Of a stretch of 64,000 bases of DNA, positions 36,267-45,754 are shown in pieces. The notes beneath the pieces are model-generated. The model worked only from the letters and a program-made list of their open reading frames with translations, was not told the DNA's origin and did no database searches. The stretch is taken from positions 51,048 through 115,047 of the IMG/VR virus record IMGVR_UViG_3300032516_002776, one strand, 5' to 3'. How positions within the stretch are numbered: position 1 is the first letter of the stretch; each line of letters opens with the position of its first letter. The DNA comes from a virus. Its lineage: Duplodnaviria; Heunggongvirae; Uroviricota; Caudoviricetes. The translations under genes and the position numbers were made by a program.

Positions 36267-38789
36267 ATGTATCAAAATGTATTTCATGACAAAAGAAATG
36301 AAGTTGTCCATATCTTTGATGATGTAGCTGGCCATGTTAAAATACCAACATCACAATTAAACTTTGCTTATAAAAGAAAAAGCGGTGGTAAGTATCGTTC
36401 AATCTATGGTGACGAACTTGAAAGAGTTACCAATTTTAATCCCAGTGACCAAAGCTTATTTGAAGCAGATGTACCTATAACAACCCGAGCGTTAATTGAG
36501 GGTTATTATGATTGTGATGAAATTTCTATTGGCCATACCGTTCTTATATTAGACATTGAAACAAATAGTGAAGGTGGTTTTCCTGATTTAGAAACCGCTG
36601 ACCAAGCCATTACCGCCATTTCATTCTATGATAAAACTACACAAAAATATTCTTGCTTTGTCATAGATGCAGAAAACAAAGTCAAAGATAGAACCGATAT
36701 TGAATTGCGAACATTTTCCGACGAAGAATCTCTATTAGAAGCATTTTTGAATGCATGGGAAAGCATAAGACCTTCAATAGTAACAGGTTGGAACTCTTCT
36801 GGCTTTGATATGGTTTATCTTTATACAAGAATTAAAAGAGTATTAGGTAATCAATGTGCAAGATTGTCACCAATAGGAATTGCGTATGTTAATCCCCATT
36901 ATAAAGAATTGACTTGTGCTGGAGTTTGTATAGCGTTAGATTATATTGATTTATACAAAAGATATAGTGGTGTTAGAAAAGCATCATATACACTTGGAAA
37001 TGTTGGAAAAGAAGAAGTAAAGATAAACAAAGTCCAATATGAAGGAAATTTGAGTACTCTGTATAAACTAGACATTAATAAATTTATTGAATACAACTTA
37101 ACCGATGTTGAAATTGTTGTTGAGTTAGACAAGAAATTCAATTACATTGACCAAGCCCGTGAAATTTGTCATTTCTGTCATGTCCCTTATGAATACTATG
37201 CGGTCCCATCGCGATTCTTAGAAGGTGCGGTATTAACCTATCTCAAGAGGAATAAATTGGTTGCTTCAAATAAGCCAATTAACGGCAGAGAAGAATATGA
37301 GACTAGAATAAAAGAAAACGAAGAGGGTTTTACGGGTGCTTATGTAAAAGACCCTATTCCGGGAAAATACAATTGGGTTTATGATTTAGATATGCAATCT
37401 CTATATCCAAGTATTATTCAAAGCTTGAATATTTCGCCGGAAACGCTTGTTGGTACAATTGAAAATTGGGATGGCAATGCGTATGTTAAAAATGAAATCA
37501 GAACGATAAAGTTAAACAAAGTAGAATTTTCCGTTGATGAATTTAAAAAGATGTTAGAAGAAAAAAATTGTTCGGTTGGTTCTAACGGGTCGGTTTATAC
37601 GCTTAGTAAGCGGGGGATAATGCCTATTATCATTGAAAAGTGGATTAAAGAACGAATTGAGACAAGAAAAGAAGCAAAGCGTGAATCAGATAGTGGTAAT
37701 AAAGACAGATATGAAGTATTAAATCGAAAGCAAGTTACTCTTAAAATTTTAGCTAATTCAATATACGGCTGTTTGGGTTTGCCTATCTGGCGATGGTATA
37801 ATAAGGATAATGCGGAAGCGACAACGATTACTGGTCAAGTATTGATTCAATCCGCTGGTAAAATTGTCAATCAATATTATAGAAATATAACAAAAGATGA
37901 TAAAGATTATGTCATCTATTGTGATACCGACTCATTATTTGCTTCAGTATTACCCATTATAGATTTATTAAGACCCCATATTAATAAAGCTGACACAACG
38001 GAAATGATAAAAGCTACATCAGAAATTGCGGGGGATGTCCAAAATTATATTAATGGGATATTAAATGTACTCTCAAAGAAAATGTTTAATGTAACCGAGC
38101 ATACATTCTTCATAAAGAAAGAAATGATTGCGGAGACGGCAATATGGCTTGCTAAAAAACGATATGTCCAATGGATTGTTAATAGGGGTGGAATTACCTG
38201 TGATGAAATGGCAGTCACGGGAATTGATACAGTCCGGACAAGCTTTCCACCGAAATTTAGTTCATTTATGATTGGTGTTATGGAACAAATATTGAAAAAT
38301 AAAACAGAACATGATATCAATGAAATGATTTTGAATTTTGAAGAGAATTTGAATTCGCTTTCGATTTTCGATGGTGCAAAATCAACTTCGGTAAAATTTA
38401 CATCCATGGACCAATTAAAAGAATATACATCGAAAAATAGAAAACCATTTGAAATTATAAAAGGCTCTCCCGCTCAAGTTAAAGCTGCTCTATATTATAA
38501 CGATTTGCTTAAACATTGGAAATTAGATAAGATGGTTGAACCGATTTATAATGGACAGAAAATAAGATACATTTATTTGAAAGACAATGAATTTGGAGTG
38601 GATAATATTGCACTTAAAGCGGATGGAACAGACCCAAAGCAAATGTTGGATTTCTGTAACAAATATATTGACCGCCGCAAAATGTATGAAGCAGAATTAA
38701 AAAGTAAATTAAAGGATTTTTATAGTGTTCTTTCTTGGAGTTATCCAAGTTTAGAAACAAGAAAAGCAGAGGAGTTTTTTGAACTCTAA
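36267..38789 (+). CDS. gp43: DNA polymerase, family B, T4 gp43-like
   Basis: Exo I LILDIETNS. Pol motif A DLDMQSLYPSIIQSLNISPETL is nearly identical to T4 gp43 DLTSLYPSIIRQVNISPETI. Motif B KILANSIYGCLG. Motif C YCDTDS. Confidence 0.85.
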   Translation: MYQNVFHDKRNEVVHIFDDVAGHVKIPTSQLNFAYKRKSGGKYRSIYGDELERVTNFNPSDQSLFEADVPITTRALIEGYYDCDEISIGHTVLILDIETNSEGGFPDLETADQAITAISFYDKTTQKYSCFVIDAENKVKDRTDIELRTFSDEESLLEAFLNAWESIRPSIVTGWNSSGFDMVYLYTRIKRVLGNQCARLSPIGIAYVNPHYKELTCAGVCIALDYIDLYKRYSGVRKASYTLGNVGKEEVKINKVQYEGNLSTLYKLDINKFIEYNLTDVEIVVELDKKFNYIDQAREICHFCHVPYEYYAVPSRFLEGAVLTYLKRNKLVASNKPINGREEYETRIKENEEGFTGAYVKDPIPGKYNWVYDLDMQSLYPSIIQSLNISPETLVGTIENWDGNAYVKNEIRTIKLNKVEFSVDEFKKMLEEKNCSVGSNGSVYTLSKRGIMPIIIEKWIKERIETRKEAKRESDSGNKDRYEVLNRKQVTLKILANSIYGCLGLPIWRWYNKDNAEATTITGQVLIQSAGKIVNQYYRNITKDDKDYVIYCDTDSLFASVLPIIDLLRPHINKADTTEMIKATSEIAGDVQNYINGILNVLSKKMFNVTEHTFFIKKEMIAETAIWLAKKRYVQWIVNRGGITCDEMAVTGIDTVRTSFPPKFSSFMIGVMEQILKNKTEHDINEMILNFEENLNSLSIFDGAKSTSVKFTSMDQLKEYTSKNRKPFEIIKGSPAQVKAALYYNDLLKHWKLDKMVEPIYNGQKIRYIYLKDNEFGVDNIALKADGTDPKQMLDFCNKYIDRRKMYEAELKSKLKDFYSVLSWSYPSLETRKAEEFFEL

Positions 38790-38796
38790 AAAAGAC

Positions 38797-38824
38797 TTGA
38801 CAAATATAAAAAAGTAAGTATAAT
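38797..38824 (+). promoter_or_regulatory. sigma70-type promoter TTGACA-N16-TATAAT
   Basis: Consensus boxes upstream of the 38843 gene, which has an AAAAGGAAAAA RBS. Confidence 0.5.
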
Positions 38825-38842
38825 AATAAAAAGGAAAAATAT

Positions 38843-39037
38843 ATGTCAAACGAAAATAGAAAATTGGGAAATTCCAGTGCAATTAAGAAGATGGCGTTAG
38901 GTTTAAGTGAAGCAACAAGAAACGGAAAGTTTACTAGAGTTGGTAATAGCTTCTTGGATAGAATTGCAGATAGACTAGCAGCAGTTATTCGAGAGGAAGT
39001 TGCAGCGCACCCATCAGTGGGAAAGACATTGAAATAA
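38843..39037 (+). CDS. hypothetical protein
   Basis: 64 aa with its own promoter and RBS. Confidence 0.4.
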   Translation: MSNENRKLGNSSAIKKMALGLSEATRNGKFTRVGNSFLDRIADRLAAVIREEVAAHPSVGKTLK

Positions 39038-39038
39038 T

Positions 39039-39431
39039 ATGCCTATAATAGATTCAGTTGCAGTGATGATTACACGAGATGATGATGTATCTTTATCATG
39101 CAGATTAGATACAAAGACATTTCCTTATGTGTGGGCTTTCGCTGGTGGTTCTATTGAAGCAAACGAAACTCATAGAGATGCAGCTAAACGAGAAGTTTTA
39201 GAAGAAACTGGATTAAATATTGCCATTGAGCGTTTTAATTTTATTTCTTATGCTTTTGAAGGCGGTCAACATTGTGCAGTATATAATGTCCAATTGTATA
39301 ATAGAGAAGAGCCGCAACATATAGAAACAGAGAAACACACACAATGGGTGTGGGTAAACAAGAATAATGTCCACTCTTTGATTATGATGCCTGGCGTTGA
39401 AAGAATAATCAATGGTATTTACATCGAATAA
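39039..39431 (+). CDS. Nudix hydrolase
   Basis: Nudix box GGSIEANETHRDAAKREVLEETGL (Gx5Ex7REUxEExGU). Confidence 0.65.
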   Translation: MPIIDSVAVMITRDDDVSLSCRLDTKTFPYVWAFAGGSIEANETHRDAAKREVLEETGLNIAIERFNFISYAFEGGQHCAVYNVQLYNREEPQHIETEKHTQWVWVNKNNVHSLIMMPGVERIINGIYIE

Positions 39432-39433
39432 AT

Positions 39434-40237
39434 ATGATTGTCAAATCCACCGACAATTTATTGGGACTTGAGTTAATCTTTAATACTCATTATAGCAAAA
39501 TAATGCCAAGATTGACTAAGTATTATCTTGGTGCTTATGAAAACAATAAATTAGTGGGGGTTTTAACTTTGGGGTGGGGTACTCGACCAATTCATACGAT
39601 TAAAAAGCTATTTCCATCACTGCGGACAAAAGATTATCTGGAAATTGGCAAGATGTGTATGTTAGAGGAAATGCCTAAAAATTCTGAATCCCAATTTCTT
39701 TCTTCTGCGATAGAATGGCTAAAGAAAAATGACCCCGCCCCAAAAATACTTTTCACTTGGGCCGATGGAATATTAGGAAAGCCTGGTTATGTATATCAAG
39801 CAGCAAATTTTCTATATGGCGGATTTATATGGACAGACCTGTATATTACTGACAAGGGCGAAAAAGTACACCCTCGAACAAGTCAAGGTTTAACGGATAA
39901 GGGCGATAAAATTTGTGGCCACAGACCTACAAAGTCCTATTTAATTAAAAACGGATGGAGTCATTACAAAGGAAAGCAATTTCGGTATATTTATTTTTTG
40001 TGCAATAAGATAGAAAAGAAAAAATTATTAAAAGAATCAGTAGAAATATGGGGCAATAATTATCCAAAAAATAAAGATATAGAGTGGCAAAAGCAAGATT
40101 TGACAACGGGCGACTGGGTATCAGTGCCGAAGATGTTTTATGACCCAGCAATAACTACAATGGCTAATAAGAAAGCAATGTCTAATAAAAATAAAATGGT
40201 AGGATTGAAAACCTCCAGACAATTCTTCGACATATGA
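39434..40237 (+). CDS. Mom-like (GNAT-fold) DNA-modification acyltransferase candidate, family B paralog 2
   Basis: It shares HYS...P, YYLGAYENNKLVGVLTLGWGTRP, W.L...E.S.F.S and YVYQAANFLYGG with the 7645..8352 product. Confidence 0.4.
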   Translation: MIVKSTDNLLGLELIFNTHYSKIMPRLTKYYLGAYENNKLVGVLTLGWGTRPIHTIKKLFPSLRTKDYLEIGKMCMLEEMPKNSESQFLSSAIEWLKKNDPAPKILFTWADGILGKPGYVYQAANFLYGGFIWTDLYITDKGEKVHPRTSQGLTDKGDKICGHRPTKSYLIKNGWSHYKGKQFRYIYFLCNKIEKKKLLKESVEIWGNNYPKNKDIEWQKQDLTTGDWVSVPKMFYDPAITTMANKKAMSNKNKMVGLKTSRQFFDI

Positions 40238-40239
40238 CC

Positions 40240-40268
40240 TTGACAAAGTTTTATTGATTGTGTATAAT
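40240..40268 (+). promoter_or_regulatory. sigma70-type promoter, perfect TTGACA-N17-TATAAT
   Basis: TTGACA at 40240-40245, TATAAT at 40263-40268. The ATG of the YopX gene is only 7 nt downstream, implying a leaderless or very short leader. Confidence 0.55.
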
Positions 40269-40274
40269 CATTAT

Positions 40275-40685
40275 ATGAAGAGAGATATTAAATTTAGAGT
40301 GTGGGATAAGGTAACTGAAAAATTTGTAAAAAGTGCCGTAGGCGGTTTTGGTTGGCCGGATTACTGCGAAATCCGATTAACTCTTGAAGGTAACTTGAAA
40401 ATTGAAGCGGAATATGGTGAAGCGACATTAGACCCAGACCGATATATCATTCAACAATACATAGGCATCGAAGATGATACCGGCAAAGAAATTTATGAAG
40501 GCGATATTGTTGAATTGGAAACGGGTAATTCTGCCCAAAGTTGGATAGAAAAAATATTACCTTCTTATAATGATTTAATGACAATTTTTAAAATATATTC
40601 ACAGCGTAATCCTCATCAACATCAAATGATTCAAAGTATTAAAGTCGTCGGTAATATATTTGAAAAGAGGGGGACATTGAAATGA
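40275..40685 (+). CDS. YopX-family protein
   Basis: MKRDIKFRVWDK... is the YopX N-terminal signature. The track start 40254 is TTG, so the ATG at 40275 is used, consistent with paralog 40974. Confidence 0.55.
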   Translation: MKRDIKFRVWDKVTEKFVKSAVGGFGWPDYCEIRLTLEGNLKIEAEYGEATLDPDRYIIQQYIGIEDDTGKEIYEGDIVELETGNSAQSWIEKILPSYNDLMTIFKIYSQRNPHQHQMIQSIKVVGNIFEKRGTLK

Positions 40686-40972
40686 AAAAACTTTCAAAAA
40701 ATCAAGAGCAATTAGGAATTTTATTGGGATGGCTAGATGGTGCTCCAAAATTTGTCCGATTAGTACACGCATCTTATTGTCGAGAATTTTGTTTGGAGAA
40801 TGACGAAACAAATTTCTGTTATAATTTTGATATAACCGACACTAAAAGAATTAAAGGATTAAATAAGTTACTTTGTTTATGGGCAAATAAAGGTTGGAAA
40901 AGCAAGACGGATTATAACGATAAAGATATTCTGGATTTTGATGATTATTTTACGGGATTAGCAGAAGCTTAA
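40682..40972 (+). CDS. hypothetical protein
   Basis: 96 aa between the two YopX genes, with an ATGA overlap. Confidence 0.4.
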   Translation: MKKLSKNQEQLGILLGWLDGAPKFVRLVHASYCREFCLENDETNFCYNFDITDTKRIKGLNKLLCLWANKGWKSKTDYNDKDILDFDDYFTGLAEA

Positions 40973-40973
40973 T

Positions 40974-41480
40974 ATGAATAGAGAATTTAAATTTAGAGTG
41001 TGGTATCCAAAAGAGAAAAAATTTTATTATACATCTTTTGAGCAAGCATACGGAATATTAGGGAAAGATGCCTGGAAAGAAGAATATATCATTCAACAAT
41101 ATACAGGTCTTATAGATAAAAATGCTAAAGATATATATGAAGGTGACCTTATAACAATTACAGGTGATGTTGAAGGTCGTGAGCCATGTTCACCGACACA
41201 CAAAGAAACAAGCTGTCCTCTAGAAGTATTTTGGGATGAAAATTGGAATGGCTGGCGTGCTCGCTTCATTCCTAGTTATAACACAGACATTTATGAAAGG
41301 CATGATTTACCACGAAGTTATGAATCACATCATTTAGAAGTGGTTGGTAATATGTTTGAAAATTTGGAGACACTAAAATGGGCAAAATATATAAAGACAA
41401 AAGAGGCTCTTCCTGCAAAATGTGCAAACCGCATAAAAACAAGTGGGCAGACAAGAAAAAAGTCAAAGAAAGAGATTTAA
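40974..41480 (+). CDS. YopX-family protein (paralog)
   Basis: MNREFKFRVWYPKEKKFYY... plus shared YEGD(I/L) and VVGN(I/M)FE motifs with the 40275..40685 product. Confidence 0.55.
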   Translation: MNREFKFRVWYPKEKKFYYTSFEQAYGILGKDAWKEEYIIQQYTGLIDKNAKDIYEGDLITITGDVEGREPCSPTHKETSCPLEVFWDENWNGWRARFIPSYNTDIYERHDLPRSYESHHLEVVGNMFENLETLKWAKYIKTKEALPAKCANRIKTSGQTRKKSKKEI

Positions 41481-41526
41481 TCACAAGAACCGACAAAGAA
41501 ATGAAGGAATATAAGAAGAATTGCTC

Positions 41527-41554
41527 TTGACTTTATTCTTATAAAAGATATAAT
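41527..41554 (+). promoter_or_regulatory. sigma70-type promoter TTGACT-N16-TATAAT
   Basis: Upstream of 41564. Confidence 0.45.
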
Positions 41555-41563
41555 AGATAAAGT

Positions 41564-41827
41564 ATGAAAACTAAAACAAGAGTAGTATCGTCTGTGGTGA
41601 TAGCCTTTTTATATGTTGCTTTAAATCAACTATATAAGTTTGTCTATTCACCAATAACAGCAAAAGCAACGGCTAATTCTCTAAGTGATAATCCGCCAGA
41701 TTATTTTTTGGCAAAATTCATTCGAGATGGTGGCGTTGAACATGCATTATCCTATGTTGCCCTATTTTTATTGATTGTAATATGGACGGGATATTTCTGT
41801 AAGTGTGACAGCCAAACAAAGAAGTAA
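41564..41827 (+). CDS. hypothetical membrane protein
   Basis: 87 aa with two hydrophobic segments. Confidence 0.4.
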   Translation: MKTKTRVVSSVVIAFLYVALNQLYKFVYSPITAKATANSLSDNPPDYFLAKFIRDGGVEHALSYVALFLLIVIWTGYFCKCDSQTKK

Positions 41828-41848
41828 AACAACCAAAAGAAAGAAAAT

Positions 41849-42835
41849 ATGAAAACAAAACAAGTTATACTTAGTATGTTAGTATTAGCCGCAGTCGGCT
41901 GTGGACCTGTAAAGGTTCTAGACCCAAAAGAAATCAAGCCAAATGAAACCGCGTGGGTAATTCCGCTTGATACATCGTCACAATCCGGACAAGCGAAGTT
42001 TAATAGCGTTGATTTTCTTAATCAAAGAAAGGTAGCTGCAAAGCGAATCATGATTGATAAGGTGGTTCGTAAAACAGGTCGTTATTGGTGTGATTATGAA
42101 TGGATTAATGCTGTGCGCGTTGTTACCGTTGACCGCTCTCTAGTAACACGAGAGTGGACAGACACAGAGAATAAAGGTACATCAATGAAGGATGAAGGCA
42201 TTCAAGTTAATACAAAGGATAATATTGGACTTACGGTTGGCCTGACCATTACCGTTAATATTGATGAAGAAGATGCCTCAACATATCTTTATTATCATGG
42301 TGAGAAAAGTTTAGCCGCTGTTACCGACGAAAATATTCGTAGTTATGCCGTCGCAGAGCTTAATAGAAAAATCAGTTCGTTGACTCTAATTGAATTCCAA
42401 CAACAACAAGCTCAAATCTATGTCGATTTGTTTAAGGATGCTGCGGAATACTATAAAACGAAGGGTGTAACAATTCAATACTTGGGTAATGCAGAAGGTT
42501 GGAAGTTTACTAACGCAAGTATTCAAGATAGTATCAATAAGAGTTTTATTGCTCAACAAGATAATAAAACAGCGAAGATGGAGCAAGATGCACAAAGAAC
42601 GCGTAATGCAACATTGATTTTGAACGCGGAAACACAAAAGGAAGCCGCTCAAACTCTATTTGCTGCTAAGGAAGCATCGGAGTTTCAAAATGAATTGGCC
42701 ATTAACAAAATGAAGGCTCAAGCCTCTCTGGAAATGGCACAGAAATGGAATGGTGCGTTGCCTGCCAATATTTTGCCAAGCAATTCTCCATTGTTATTGA
42801 ATCTTGGTCAGCAAGAAGCAGCCAAAACTAAGTAA
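41849..42835 (+). CDS. putative lipoprotein with Gln-rich coiled-coil (SPFH-like?)
   Basis: Signal peptide MKTKQVILSMLVLAAVGC. The C-terminal half is helical and Q/A/K-rich. A strong terminator follows. Confidence 0.45.
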   Translation: MKTKQVILSMLVLAAVGCGPVKVLDPKEIKPNETAWVIPLDTSSQSGQAKFNSVDFLNQRKVAAKRIMIDKVVRKTGRYWCDYEWINAVRVVTVDRSLVTREWTDTENKGTSMKDEGIQVNTKDNIGLTVGLTITVNIDEEDASTYLYYHGEKSLAAVTDENIRSYAVAELNRKISSLTLIEFQQQQAQIYVDLFKDAAEYYKTKGVTIQYLGNAEGWKFTNASIQDSINKSFIAQQDNKTAKMEQDAQRTRNATLILNAETQKEAAQTLFAAKEASEFQNELAINKMKAQASLEMAQKWNGALPANILPSNSPLLLNLGQQEAAKTK

Positions 42836-42850
42836 GAATTAATACTAAGG

Positions 42851-42896
42851 ATGGCCGCTTCACCAAAATGGAGCGGCCATTTTTTATGAATAAAAA
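42851..42896 (+). terminator. rho-independent terminator
   Basis: ATGGCCGCT...AGCGGCCAT forms a 9-bp GC-rich stem, followed by TTTTTT. Confidence 0.65.
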
Positions 42897-43014
42897 TATG
42901 AAATTGTCAAAAGAAAAAGAAAAGATACTCCACAAACAATTCTCTGCTCTTAAAGAGAGAGTAAAAAAACAAGACCGCTTGATTTATGATGTTAGACAAG
43001 GATATATGTAACAA

Positions 43015-43251
43015 ATGATATTTCATCCAACATTTCCTGTAGAAGAAAGATTTGCAAAACAACTTGAAAATGGAGAAAATTTTTCATGGATGTTTGAGGA
43101 TTTGAGAATAAACGAACACTGCTCTGTGTGTAAAGAATATTGTTTTGTTTCCAATTCACTTACATTTGATAACGCAATAAAATGTAAAAATGGACATATA
43201 TGTTTCCACTCTGTTCCTTATGCTTACAAATATAGAAGGTTAAAAGAATGA
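43015..43251 (+). CDS. hypothetical Cys/His-rich protein
   Basis: 78 aa with CSVC...C...H...C. Confidence 0.35.
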   Translation: MIFHPTFPVEERFAKQLENGENFSWMFEDLRINEHCSVCKEYCFVSNSLTFDNAIKCKNGHICFHSVPYAYKYRRLKE

Positions 43252-43267
43252 AAACAATTACATTAGA

Positions 43268-43585
43268 ATGAATATAAAATATAAAAGTCTTTTTTTAGGC
43301 GGCCCACTCCACAGAAAAAAGAGAGTAGCTAATGGAGCTATTCATGTTGAATATTCTAGAAAAAAGTGTTTTGAATTTCCACCGAATGAAAACTTCTATA
43401 TTCCAGATAAATATGAGTATAGATTGATGAATATTTGTGATGCATGTACTGGCAAATCCGAAAGTGTTTATGTATATACGAATTCCAGATTAAAACCGGA
43501 AGTGTTGTGGTATAATTATAATCGAAGGCGTATGAGATTTAAAATGTCATATAAATTGCCAGAGTGGGAGCTGGGGGCTATATAA
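43268..43585 (+). CDS. hypothetical protein
   Basis: 105 aa. Confidence 0.35.
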   Translation: MNIKYKSLFLGGPLHRKKRVANGAIHVEYSRKKCFEFPPNENFYIPDKYEYRLMNICDACTGKSESVYVYTNSRLKPEVLWYNYNRRRMRFKMSYKLPEWELGAI

Positions 43586-43851
43586 TGGATACGGAAGAAA
43601 CAACAGATAAAAAAATTATAAACTGTGATCATCAAAAGGTAATGTTTATTGGTGAGAATAGTTTGATTGGATATTATCGTTGTCAGGCTTGTGGGGAAAA
43701 AATAGATCCCGTCGAGCAAGCAAAAAATGAAGGTCATTTGAATGTTAAATTAATAGATTACTATACACAATATCCCAACAGATTAAATATGATGTGGAGA
43801 GCACACGCTTTTGTAAGACATTTGTATAATGAAAATTTAGAGCCTATATGA
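43585..43851 (+). CDS. hypothetical Zn-ribbon protein
   Basis: The track start 43564 is GTG, so the ATG at 43585 (TAATG overlap) is used. It carries CDHQ...CQACGEK. Confidence 0.35.
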   Translation: MDTEETTDKKIINCDHQKVMFIGENSLIGYYRCQACGEKIDPVEQAKNEGHLNVKLIDYYTQYPNRLNMMWRAHAFVRHLYNENLEPI

Positions 43852-44129
43852 ATTGCGTATTTTGTAAAATAGACCCAAATACACGGGAACATCATATTGT
43901 TCCGAAAGCAAAGGGCGGTAAAGAAACTGTATCGGCCTGTGCAACATGTGAAAATTTCTTACATAAGTCTTGGAGTCACAATGAGTTACGGGATATCTAT
44001 AATAATGTCGATACGATTTTAAATGACGAAAAATTCCAAAAGTTTTTGAAGTGGAGATTAAAACAACCGATTGGTGTTGTTTTTAAAAGTAAAAGTGGTA
44101 GATTTAGAGACAAGAGGAAGTATAGTTAA
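43848..44129 (+). CDS. HNH endonuclease
   Basis: CVFCKIDPNTREHHIVPKAKGGKETVSACATCENFLHKSW contains the complete HNH motif. Confidence 0.55.
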   Translation: MNCVFCKIDPNTREHHIVPKAKGGKETVSACATCENFLHKSWSHNELRDIYNNVDTILNDEKFQKFLKWRLKQPIGVVFKSKSGRFRDKRKYS

Positions 44130-44130
44130 A

Positions 44131-44253
44131 ATGAAATCACCGATTAGAATTTGTTTAGCAGGATTTATATTTGCTGTTATTCTTTCTTTTTTTATTGGAA
44201 ACGCAGTAGGATTTGCCTGTGGTTATCATATTTGTAAACAGGAGCAACACTAA
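44131..44253 (+). CDS. possible small membrane protein (40 aa)
   Basis: ATG directly after the HNH stop. A single TM helix, ICLAGFIFAVILSFFIGNAVGFA. Confidence 0.3.
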   Translation: MKSPIRICLAGFIFAVILSFFIGNAVGFACGYHICKQEQH

Positions 44254-44264
44254 ATAAAGGAATT

Positions 44265-44459
44265 ATGAATTTAACTTTTAAAAATATAAAGCATGAGTTT
44301 AACCTGAAAGGCTTTAAGGTTGGAGACACTTTTGTTGGGTGTACTAAATGCTGGTATCAATTTGCTCCAGAGCCGCAGTCTTTATATTGTAATCAATGTA
44401 ATTGTGGCGAAACATTTAAAATACTGACGGTAACAATAGATGATATAAAGGATTTATGA
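44265..44459 (+). CDS. hypothetical Cys-rich protein
   Basis: 64 aa with CTKC...CNQCNC. Confidence 0.3.
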   Translation: MNLTFKNIKHEFNLKGFKVGDTFVGCTKCWYQFAPEPQSLYCNQCNCGETFKILTVTIDDIKDL

Positions 44460-44830
44460 AAAATGTATTTAAACCAGATAAACCATTAAGGCGTATTAAG
44501 GATGTTGCGTGGCGTGTATGTAGATGGCATTTTACAGAAGAAAGATTCAATGAAAAATTTGATTTACAAAAATCATTTCCGTGTTATAAGTGCGCAGGAA
44601 AAGGACATTTGAGGGATTATTCAGGCGTCGGAAATGACTATTCTGAAGAAACATGTACATTTTGTTTAGATGGAAGAATTTCAAAAGAAGAATTTCAAAA
44701 ATATCATAATGAATTGATAAAATCCTATGAATCTAGTCTTAAAGAATATAACGATGTAAAGGATAGATTGAGTGCTATCTTAAAAAAGATTACAAAAAAA
44801 GAAGCAGAGTTTATTAGTAGGTATTATTAA
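44456..44830 (+). CDS. hypothetical Zn-finger protein
   Basis: CYKCAGKGH...CTFC. Confidence 0.4.
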   Translation: MKNVFKPDKPLRRIKDVAWRVCRWHFTEERFNEKFDLQKSFPCYKCAGKGHLRDYSGVGNDYSEETCTFCLDGRISKEEFQKYHNELIKSYESSLKEYNDVKDRLSAILKKITKKEAEFISRYY

Positions 44831-44842
44831 TGGAGAAATGAT

Positions 44843-45130
44843 ATGAAAATAGAAGTCACAGCAAACCTAGATTTGGATGAAATTGGTTATCAATTGGTAG
44901 AACAACTATCAGAAAAACAATTTGTCGATTGGATATTTGAAACCATTGATAGAATGACAGAGCAAGAAGAAGTAATTGCTAGAATGAGAAAAACTTTAAA
45001 GCAATATGATGAACCAGAATCAAGCAAACAAGAATATAGCAAACCAGAGACAAAAAAGGAAAGAATGAAAAAGTGTCCGGGCAAAAGTGAATCATTTTGT
45101 GATGAAATGTTGAGGATAAGTGGACGCTAA
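44843..45130 (+). CDS. hypothetical protein
   Basis: 95 aa with an acidic N-terminus. Confidence 0.4.
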   Translation: MKIEVTANLDLDEIGYQLVEQLSEKQFVDWIFETIDRMTEQEEVIARMRKTLKQYDEPESSKQEYSKPETKKERMKKCPGKSESFCDEMLRISGR

Positions 45131-45326
45131 ATTCTATAAAATACTTGTAAATTTTTTAACTAATGACTTACAAGGATTGTGTAAAAAGCATAAAATTAAA
45201 ATGGAAGATTGTTTTACACCCGAAGAATTTGGTTCATTAATTTGGTTATTTCATAAAGAGTGGTATAACCGAAATGAAGTAAGAGACATAATAAAGAAAA
45301 GAGTTGAGGAAAGAGCAAAAATATGA
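45120..45326 (+). CDS. hypothetical protein (start uncertain: GTG 45120 or ATG 45201)
   Basis: Small ORF. Confidence 0.3.
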   Translation: MDAKFYKILVNFLTNDLQGLCKKHKIKMEDCFTPEEFGSLIWLFHKEWYNRNEVRDIIKKRVEERAKI

Positions 45327-45679
45327 ATTTTAATAATTTAGCAGGTTTAATTATTCAAGGAGAATTGGCCAACAGTTCGTTAGACTACGAATTAACAAAA
45401 TATTTTTGGGGGGAAGAATATGAATTTATAAAGATTGGCGACCCGCTTATTCTGAGAATTTTTTGTGATAGTTATGATAATTCCATTGAAATAGATGTTT
45501 CTAACATATTGGACATAGAAGAATTTGTAGAAGATAAAATTACAAAAGAATTCATTGATAGTATACTTCAAAGCGGTTGTAGTCGTTTTTGGGTTAACTT
45601 CTATGACTCATACCGCGAAGAAAAAATAGCAGAAGTTTATTGTAATGCAGATGGGAAATCGTTTAAATACAAAGATTAA
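45323..45679 (+). CDS. hypothetical protein
   Basis: 118 aa. Confidence 0.4.
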   Translation: MNFNNLAGLIIQGELANSSLDYELTKYFWGEEYEFIKIGDPLILRIFCDSYDNSIEIDVSNILDIEEFVEDKITKEFIDSILQSGCSRFWVNFYDSYREEKIAEVYCNADGKSFKYKD

Positions 45680-45716
45680 ATAGAGTTGAAGCAAATATCG
45701 CTTACTATATAAAAAG

Positions 45717-45744
45717 TAGACAATCACAATAAAAGAGGTATACT
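45717..45744 (+). promoter_or_regulatory. sigma70-like promoter TAGACA-N16-TATACT
   Basis: Upstream of the clamp gene. It is followed by an AAAAGAGG-type RBS. Confidence 0.35.
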
Positions 45745-45754
45745 ATAAGAATAT

